Shown here: in pieces, positions 57,470 to 64,000 of the stretch
Position numbering within the stretch: position 1 is the first letter of the stretch
How the letters are laid out: the number at the start of each line of letters is the position of its first letter
From: Myxococcota bacterium
GTDB taxonomy: Bacteria; Myxococcota_A; UBA9160; JAFDDA01
Direction: 5' to 3'
Assembly (NCBI GenBank): GCA_965228475.1
Contig: OZ245817.1
Coordinates: 992,001-1,056,000, forward strand
DNA: 64,000 nt
Translations under genes and position numbers: made by a program
The notes under the pieces: generated by a model
Seen by the model: only the letters and a program-made list of their open reading frames with translations
What the model was told of the DNA's origin: nothing
Databases searched by the model: none

Positions 57470-58779
57470 CGCAGCGGCGCCCCCAGGCTCGCCTCGAGCG
57501 CGGCGAAGGAGCTCCTTCGGTCGGCAGTCGCCCGCTCCAGTCGCAGCTGCGCGTTCAGCAGCCGCACCTGGCTGTCGATCAGGCTCAGGAAATCCACCTT
57601 GTCCACCTCGTAGCCGGCTCGGCTCGAGTCCAGCGATTGTCGGGCCTGCGGGAGAAGCCCGGTTTCGACCAGCATCACCTCCCGATCGGCTCGCTGCAAA
57701 TCTGCGTACCGCGCGCGCAGCGAGTCGCGGAGCTGCGCCCGCGCCTGCCGATACTCGGCGTGACTCCGACGGAGCAAGGCATCTCGCTCCGCAACCTGCG
57801 ATCGCCACTTCCGCCGGTTGACGGGGAGTCGCACGGTCACGTTCGCCCCGATGAAGTCGTCTCCATCGACGGGATCGCCCGACACCCGTTCTCGGACCCG
57901 GTAGCCGAACCCGAGATCGAAGTCCGGATAGCCTTCCAGGCGGGCTACTCGCTTTCGATGCTCCGCCTCTTCGGTCCGCGCCGCGTGCGCGCGAAGGCGC
58001 GGGCTGGTCGACTCGAGCCGGTCGAGCAGGACGGACAGGGACGGGAGGGCTGCCGTCTCACGCACGGGAGCCGTTCGGGGCAGGGGAATGGAGGGCGGCA
58101 GGTCCAGGAGGCTCGCGAGGCGTGCCTCGGCGGAGCGTATCGCTGCTTCACGCATCAGCTGCTCGTCCAGCAGCTCCGTGAGCGTCACCTGTGCCCGCAT
58201 CACGTCCTGCTGCAGACCTTCGCCGACCTGGTACTTGGCTTCTGCGATCTTCGCGAGCTGCCTCAGCAGGCCGACGTTCTCGATGGTGACGTCGAGCGCC
58301 CGCTGGGCGAAGCCGAGCTCGACCCACGCGCGTTCGACCGCGGCGCGGATCCGCTGGGACTGGTCTCCGAGATCCTCCACGGCGGCGTCGGCTGCCGAAC
58401 GCGCGGCATCACGCTGCCGGCCGAGCAGCCCGGGGAACGGGAGCCGCTGGCTGAGCCCGAGCTGCTGGCCCGAGAGAGGCGTTGAATCGAGGTCCAGGTC
58501 GCCGGTGGGGACGTTGCTCAGCTCGTAGCGAAAGCGCGGGTCGGGAAGCGCGCCTGCCGGGTACACGCGTTCCGTTGCCGCCTCCGCTGCCGTTCGGGCA
58601 ACCTCGAGGGTTGGGTTGGTCGCTTCGGCTCGCTCCAAACACCACTCGAGCGGGAGGGGCTCGGGCGGCACTTCGGCAGCGCCTCTCGTTGCTGCGAGCG
58701 TCCCCATCACGAGAGCGATCACGATCTGACATCGGCTCGCCCAGAACGCCACCGGGCGTCCTCCTCGATCTCTCCTCAT
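57466..58779 (-). CDS. TolC/CusC-family outer membrane efflux protein
   Basis: ALPDP, QRLPFPG, YQVGEGLQQDV..AQ, YEVDKVDFL. Confidence 0.9.
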   Translation of the reverse strand: MRRDRGGRPVAFWASRCQIVIALVMGTLAATRGAAEVPPEPLPLEWCLERAEATNPTLEVARTAAEAATERVYPAGALPDPRFRYELSNVPTGDLDLDSTPLSGQQLGLSQRLPFPGLLGRQRDAARSAADAAVEDLGDQSQRIRAAVERAWVELGFAQRALDVTIENVGLLRQLAKIAEAKYQVGEGLQQDVMRAQVTLTELLDEQLMREAAIRSAEARLASLLDLPPSIPLPRTAPVRETAALPSLSVLLDRLESTSPRLRAHAARTEEAEHRKRVARLEGYPDFDLGFGYRVRERVSGDPVDGDDFIGANVTVRLPVNRRKWRSQVAERDALLRRSHAEYRQARAQLRDSLRARYADLQRADREVMLVETGLLPQARQSLDSSRAGYEVDKVDFLSLIDSQVRLLNAQLRLERATADRRSSFAALEASLGAPLR

Positions 58780-58830
58780 TCCACTTTCTCCTCGGCTGCC
58801 ATGGCTCCCCGCTCGGATGCGCGGGAGGCC

Positions 58831-59118
58831 TCAGGCCGGCAGCTTGAAGTGGAGAGAATCGAGGTTCGAGGCCCTCTCTTCCAGTCGCGATGTCTGGGGC
58901 TGGGAATGGCCAGCGTGGTCGAACTCGCCGGCGCGGTGATAACGGAGCCAGAAGAAGGTCGTGCAGATGGCCGTCGCGGTCGCACCGACTACGAGGATCC
59001 AACCCGCTGCTCGGAGGAGGCTCGCCGAGCGCTCGCGACCCACGTGCAGGAGCACGAGGCCTGCCGCCACCAGGCCCAACTCGGCCAGGAAGGCAATGTC
59101 GCCCAGGAACTGCGCCAA
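58831..59118 (-). CDS. Small 2-TM membrane protein upstream of cusCBA
   Basis: AAGGAG RBS before TTG. FLGDIAFLAELGLVAAGLVLLH. Confidence 0.6.
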   Translation of the reverse strand: MAQFLGDIAFLAELGLVAAGLVLLHVGRERSASLLRAAGWILVVGATATAICTTFFWLRYHRAGEFDHAGHSQPQTSRLEERASNLDSLHFKLPA

Positions 59119-59250
59119 CGGGTTCTCCTTTCTGCCGGTCACCCAGCACCCGTCTAATACGGAGCGGGGGAGCGGCCGTGACGCGGCCCGTCACGCCAGC
59201 CGCCGCTTCGCGTAGTACCGGGCAGGGCGGTGGTGGGAGGAGAACGCGGC

Positions 59251-59481
59251 ATGGAAGAACCCGAACGGGCCTATGTGCCTCAGGAGCCCTCGACGGGTCT
59301 TGGAGCGTCGGGACGCTTGGCCTTCGCCGTCTTCGCGTTGGCGGCCGCCTACTTCCTGTGGACCGAGCACCGCGCCCACGTGATCGAGTTTCTCCCCTGG
59401 GGGATCCTTGCGCTGTGCCCGCTGATGCACGTGTTCATGCACCGTGGCCATGGTGGCCACCGCGGGGGCGGTGCGTCGTGA
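59251..59481 (+). CDS. DUF2933 family protein
   Basis: EHRAH, LCPLMHVFMHRGHGGH. Confidence 0.88.
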   Translation: MEEPERAYVPQEPSTGLGASGRLAFAVFALAAAYFLWTEHRAHVIEFLPWGILALCPLMHVFMHRGHGGHRGGGAS

Positions 59482-60137
59482 GTCATGGGTCCGACTACGG
59501 CCTCTGGTCGCTCGTCCTGATCAACTCGGCTGTCTTCATCCTGTTCGCCTTCAGCTTTGCCAAGCCGCAGACCACGCGGGACTGGCGGTCGTTTGGGGCG
59601 TTCTCGGCGTTCCTGGTGGCGCTGTTCGCCGAGATGTATGGCTTCCCGCTAACGATCTATCTCCTTTCGGGCTGGCTCGGCCGGCGGTTTCCGGAGACCG
59701 ATCTCTTCTCGCACGAGTCGGGCCACCTGTGGCACACGCTCTTCGGCTGGGAGGGCGACCCCCATCTCGATCCCTTCCACATCGTGAGCTACGCGCTGAT
59801 CGGCGGGGGCTTCTGGCTACTCTCGATCTCCTGGCCGGTCCTCTACCGGGCGCAGAGGGAGGGTCGCCTGGCGACCACGGGCCCGTACGCCCGAGTGCGC
59901 CATCCGCAGTATCTGGGCTTCATCGCGATCCTCGCGGGCTTCCTCTTTCAGTGGCCGACGCTGATCACGCTGGCGATGTTCCCGGTTCTCGTCTTCATGT
60001 ACGTGCGCCTGGCTCTTCGCGAGGAGCGAGAGGCCACGGCCGAGTTCGGTCAGGAATACGAAGCGTACGCCCAACGCACGCCGCGCTGGATCCCGGCCTT
60101 CTCGCGCACCTCTCGGGCCGAGAGCCCGGCCTCATGA
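59478..60137 (+). CDS. Isoprenylcysteine carboxyl methyltransferase family protein
   Basis: AEMYGFPLTIY, TTGPYARVRHPQY, REE..FG. GTGA overlap. Confidence 0.9.
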   Translation: MSHGSDYGLWSLVLINSAVFILFAFSFAKPQTTRDWRSFGAFSAFLVALFAEMYGFPLTIYLLSGWLGRRFPETDLFSHESGHLWHTLFGWEGDPHLDPFHIVSYALIGGGFWLLSISWPVLYRAQREGRLATTGPYARVRHPQYLGFIAILAGFLFQWPTLITLAMFPVLVFMYVRLALREEREATAEFGQEYEAYAQRTPRWIPAFSRTSRAESPAS

Positions 60138-60147
60138 GGCATCCGGT

Positions 60148-60972
60148 GTGCGATCGATCGGCGGTGGGACGTCTGCACCGGGGGCGTTCGAGGTTGGACC
60201 GATGATGACCCCGAAGACCGCGTCTCTCGCACCCTGGCAGCGCGTCGTCAAGGCGTTCGCACGTCCGCTGGTCCGCCGCGCGACCCGAGAGATCCTGCAG
60301 GGGCGACTGCTCGATCCGGAAGACGCCAGCCGAGGGCGCTGGCTCCGCTCGGACGTCCGAGCGTTTCGCGGCGCCACTTGGCAGCGAGTCGACGAACTCC
60401 TGCCCAGGGCCGGCCTGGACCGGCTCCCCACCTGGGGAAGCCGGCTGAACGTTTTCATGGCGGTCGTCACGACCGCGGCCTACCAGGAGATGCTCGACCG
60501 TGGCATCTCCCGCGACTACGCCGCGACGCTCGTCGGCGACGTCGGCTGGAAGATCTACGCGTGGATGCTCACGGCATCGGCGATTCCTGCCCGTCTGCTG
60601 ACCCGATCGCCGGAGCGGCGGCTGCGCTGGACGCTCGACCTGCTGATGTGGTTCCCGTTCAGCGCGCCGGGTGCGCCGGCCTACGAGGTCCGGGCCTGGA
60701 ACGACGGCGAGAGGGTCTTCACCTATTGGACCCATTGCCCGCCCCAAACCTTCGTACGCTCGCTGGTGGACGCTGGCAACGACCGCGGCGAGCTCGACGC
60801 TTTCTTTCGTTCCTGGTGTCTATACGACTGGGCCGGAGCCGACCTCCTCGTTGGCGATGGCGAGCGCGGGCACTACGAACGGCCGCGCACTCTCTCTCGC
60901 GGGGACGACGTGTGCGACATGTGCTGGTGGGCTCGTCGATGCGCCGACAGAGGCGTCGAGACGACCGATTGA
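60148..60972 (+). CDS. ATC-hydrolase-like (V4R-type Cys) protein
   Basis: THCP, WCLYD, RPRTLSRGDDVCD. Start uncertain (ATG 60202 is an alternative). Confidence 0.65.
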   Translation: MRSIGGGTSAPGAFEVGPMMTPKTASLAPWQRVVKAFARPLVRRATREILQGRLLDPEDASRGRWLRSDVRAFRGATWQRVDELLPRAGLDRLPTWGSRLNVFMAVVTTAAYQEMLDRGISRDYAATLVGDVGWKIYAWMLTASAIPARLLTRSPERRLRWTLDLLMWFPFSAPGAPAYEVRAWNDGERVFTYWTHCPPQTFVRSLVDAGNDRGELDAFFRSWCLYDWAGADLLVGDGERGHYERPRTLSRGDDVCDMCWWARRCADRGVETTD

Positions 60973-61003
60973 ACCTAGCCTCTTGCGGCAGAAGGGAATC
61001 ACC

Positions 61004-61345
61004 ATGATGAGGAATGCGATCGTACTGGCCGTGGGCCTGATGCTGGCCCTCGGCGGGCCCTCGGCGTTGGCTGAGATGGACCACTCGGGGCACGGCTCGA
61101 GCTCCGCAAAGAAGATGGACCACGGGTCGATGGGACACGGTGGGATGTCCCACGGCAAGGGCGTGCACGCGATGCACACCCAGATGCAGGCCCTCCACGA
61201 CCACTCGAAGATGATGGAAGAGATGAAGGATGGCGCCGCGCTCCGGGAGGAGATGAAGAAGCACATGCGGATGATGGACGAAATGATGGAGATGATGATG
61301 CAACACACCATGAAGCTGGGAGCCAGCGGCCAGCCGGGCTCCTGA
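61004..61345 (+). CDS. His/Met-rich periplasmic metal-binding protein
   Basis: Signal peptide. MDHSGH, MDHGSMGH, HMRMMDEMMEMMMQH. Confidence 0.75.
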   Translation: MMRNAIVLAVGLMLALGGPSALAEMDHSGHGSSSAKKMDHGSMGHGGMSHGKGVHAMHTQMQALHDHSKMMEEMKDGAALREEMKKHMRMMDEMMEMMMQHTMKLGASGQPGS

Positions 61346-61532
61346 GTAACCCGACCGGAATCGCGGATCAACGCGACGGAAGGGCCGGTCGAGCGTCGAT
61401 TGTAGAATCGAGCAGACGAGGCCGGCGGTCGGATGGAGCGAGCGACCTCACGCGCCGACGGTCCAGGAGCAGCCTGGCGCGTGGCTTGCACCAAGAGTGC
61501 TCGTTCGATGACTTGAGCGAAAGTAGGGAGAG

Positions 61533-63428
61533 GTGGCCATCCGAAAGAACCAGTTGAGCTGGACGCTCAGGAAGTGGTCGCGTCGTGCATTCATTCGAGC
61601 GATGGCCGCTGCGGGCGCGGGTGCCTGGGCCTTGCCGACGGCGCGCGCCGGTGCAGGGCAGATCCGGCGCGCCGGGGTTCCGACCGAGCTGGTGGCGACC
61701 GATCCCGGTGGGATCGACCTGGTTCTCGAGCGCAGCCCGCTGCTCGTCGGAGGGAGGCTCGGCAACGCCATCACTCTGAACGGCTCCATCCCGGGGCCCG
61801 TGATCCGCATGCAGGAGGGCGGCGAGGCGCTCATTCGCGTCCACAACCGGATGGCCGAGTCCACGTCGATCCACTGGCACGGGATCCTGCTGCCCTACAC
61901 GATGGACGGCGTTCCCGGCATCAGCTTCCCCGGAATTCCAGCGGGTGAGACGTTCACCTATCGCTATCCGGTCGTGCAGAACGGTAGCTACTGGTACCAC
62001 AGTCATACGGGGCTCCAGGAGCAGCTGGGTCACTACGGCCAGCTGACCGTCGAGCCGGCGGGGCGGGATCCGGTCGAGTACGACGTCGAGTACTCCGTGG
62101 TTCTCTCCGATTGGACCTTCGAAGATCCGCACACCGTGCTTCGGAACCTCAAGACGATCGAAGGCTACTACAACTATCAGCGTCCCACGGTCGCCAACGT
62201 CGACGACCAGATGGCGGCGACCGGCATGAGCCTGAGCGACGTGATCCGGGAGCGTCTCCGCTGGCAGCGGATGCGCATGGATCCCACCGACATCGCGGAC
62301 ATCACGGGGGCGACCTTCACCTACCTGATGAACGGCCATGCACCCGAAGAGAACTGGACCGCCATCGCACGGCCCGGCGACCGGGTTCGGCTGCGCATCG
62401 TCAACGCCTCGACGATGACCTTCTACGACTTCCGCGTTCCCGGGCTGCCGATGACGGTCGTGCAGGCCGACGGCCAGAACGTCCAACCGGTCGAGACCGA
62501 CGAGCTCCGTATCGCAGTCGCCGAGACGTATGACGTGATCGTGACGCTGCCGGATGACCGCGCCCGCACGCTCTTCGCCGAGACTATGGATCGCAGCGGC
62601 TACGCGCGCGGGACCCTGGCACCCAGACGCGGCATGGCCGCGGCCGTGCCCGAGCGGCGGCGGCGTCCGATGCTGACGATGGCAGAGATGGGCATCATGC
62701 ACGGGATGAGTGGCCACGGAGCAGGTGCGGGCACGGGCCACGGGATGGGTGGCCACGAAGCAACTGCGGGCATGGACCACGGCGACACGGATGCGACCTC
62801 TGCACACACGGACGCGGGAACCCCGCAGCACCACGGTGAGGCTCTGCCGATCACGCGGCTTCCCGAACGCATCGCGCACGGGCCGGACGGACACGGTCCG
62901 GGCAGCATCACCATGGCCGCCACGGCCTATCGTCAGCTCGACGACCCCGGCGTAGGCCTCGGGGACGACGGCCGCCGCGTCCTGACCTACGGGCAGCTTC
63001 GCTGCCTGAACGCCCCTTCCGACCGTCGCCCTCCCACCCGCCAGTTCGACCTCCATCTGACGGGCAACATGCACAAGTACATCTGGGGATTCGACGGCAA
63101 GAAGTGGTCCGAGTCCGACATGATCCGCTTCCAGTACGGGGAGCGGCTCCGGATCAACATGATCAACGACACGATGATGTCGCACCCCATCCACCTCCAC
63201 GGGATGTGGATGGACCTCTACGCCGGAGCGGACGACTACGGCGACAACCCGCGCAAGCACACGGTGAACGTGCAGCCGGCGGAGCTTCTGAGCGTCGACA
63301 TCAGCGTGGATGCCCCGGGGCAGTGGGCCTTCCATTGCCACCTGCTCTACCACATGGAAATGGGCATGTTTCGCACGGTCGCCGTGGTGCGCTCGCTCGA
63401 AGGAGGCCCGGTCGATGTGGGCGCGTAG
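61533..63428 (+). CDS. copA: Copper-resistance multicopper oxidase (CopA/PcoA)
   Basis: Tat signal SRRAFI. HWHG, WYHSH, HPIHLHG, HCHLLYHMEMGM. Confidence 0.95.
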   Translation: MAIRKNQLSWTLRKWSRRAFIRAMAAAGAGAWALPTARAGAGQIRRAGVPTELVATDPGGIDLVLERSPLLVGGRLGNAITLNGSIPGPVIRMQEGGEALIRVHNRMAESTSIHWHGILLPYTMDGVPGISFPGIPAGETFTYRYPVVQNGSYWYHSHTGLQEQLGHYGQLTVEPAGRDPVEYDVEYSVVLSDWTFEDPHTVLRNLKTIEGYYNYQRPTVANVDDQMAATGMSLSDVIRERLRWQRMRMDPTDIADITGATFTYLMNGHAPEENWTAIARPGDRVRLRIVNASTMTFYDFRVPGLPMTVVQADGQNVQPVETDELRIAVAETYDVIVTLPDDRARTLFAETMDRSGYARGTLAPRRGMAAAVPERRRRPMLTMAEMGIMHGMSGHGAGAGTGHGMGGHEATAGMDHGDTDATSAHTDAGTPQHHGEALPITRLPERIAHGPDGHGPGSITMAATAYRQLDDPGVGLGDDGRRVLTYGQLRCLNAPSDRRPPTRQFDLHLTGNMHKYIWGFDGKKWSESDMIRFQYGERLRINMINDTMMSHPIHLHGMWMDLYAGADDYGDNPRKHTVNVQPAELLSVDISVDAPGQWAFHCHLLYHMEMGMFRTVAVVRSLEGGPVDVGA

Positions 63429-64000
63429 CCACCGCCGCTGGCTGGCCCTGATGGCGAGTCTCGCCTGGGCCGGGGGCGCGATGGCCGAGGAGCGCCCGTT
63501 GCCGACCACCGAGGGTCGGCCCGACCATCGCGCGTCGACCAACGAGCACCGTCGTCCGCCCGAGGTCCACCCCGAGAGTCCGGCGCTTCCGGACGGGATG
63601 TCGCTCGATGAGGTCCTCGATCGCGCGAGCCAGCCGCCGCCCGATCACTTTCCGGATCCCGTTCCCGACGACGCGCTCCGGGCCTTCCTGCTCTTCGAGC
63701 AGCTCGAGTATCGACTGCAGGACGGCGGCAAGGACGAGCTGGGCTGGGAGGGACAGGGCTGGATCGGTCTCGACTACCACAAGCTGTGGGTGAAGCTTGA
63801 GGGCGAGGCGGTCTTCGACGGGCCAGACGCGGGGGAGTCCGAGATCGACCTGCTCTACTCGTGCCTCGTCACCCCCTTCTGGAACGCGCAGATCGGCGTT
63901 CAATACGCGAGCGAGTGGGAGGGCGACGGCTACGACGATCGCTGGTCCGCGGCGTTTTCGCTCCAGGGCCTCGCGCCCGGGATGTTCGAGCTAGACACCT
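63415..64000 (+). CDS. copB: CopB/PcoB outer-membrane copper resistance protein, 3'-truncated by window
   Basis: ATG overlaps the copA end. FEQLEYR, WEGQGWIG...KLWVKLEGE, LQGLAP..FE. Confidence 0.88.
   Translation, partial: MWARSHRRWLALMASLAWAGGAMAEERPLPTTEGRPDHRASTNEHRRPPEVHPESPALPDGMSLDEVLDRASQPPPDHFPDPVPDDALRAFLLFEQLEYRLQDGGKDELGWEGQGWIGLDYHKLWVKLEGEAVFDGPDAGESEIDLLYSCLVTPFWNAQIGVQYASEWEGDGYDDRWSAAFSLQGLAPGMFELDT

Larger units (their letters stand above)
48397..64000. mobile_element. tRNA-Thr-integrated element carrying copper resistance; extends beyond window
   Basis: att remnant, arm-type repeats, tyrosine integrase and metal-resistance cargo. Confidence 0.7.

Overview
Very GC-rich bacterial DNA. 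Gene style suggests Myxococcota/deltaproteobacteria, but this is inference only. (1) 1-24.7 kb is core-like metabolism: YpfJ peptidase, Zn-ADH, F420/LLM oxidoreductase, acyltransferase, and an ArsC/glutaredoxin-like SELENOPROTEIN that the ORF track splits at an in-frame UGA (UxxC plus a SECIS-like hairpin). It also holds a B12-dependent CarH/LitR photoregulator with its divergent regulon, hemerythrin, c-type cytochromes, shikimate kinase, and an operon of two Rieske-fused enzymes. (2) 24.7-35.9 kb has two divergent paralogous Cys-rich lipoproteins with BPI/LBP(TULIP)-like motifs next to a 2270-aa SpvB/FG-GAP/RHS toxin-like protein that has its own signal peptide and no downstream immunity gene. 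(3) 36-37.8 kb is TetR plus a diiron AurF-like gene with a clear sigma70 promoter flanked by two operators. (4) About 38.3-48.4 kb is a lower-GC defence island bordered by a phosphotransferase pseudogene: GHKL ATPase, 78-aa protein, C5 DNA methyltransferase, hypothetical, PD-(D/E)xK nuclease, Fic remnant, GmrSD-like DUF262, PGN_0703-like nuclease, K+ channel. (5) From 48.4 kb to the end is an integrative element at a tRNA-Thr(CGT) 3' fragment (att), with a tyrosine integrase, AraC/desaturase and a copper-resistance cluster (CusCBA-like, CopA/CopB, His/Met-rich proteins). All family calls come from motif reading, not database searches.
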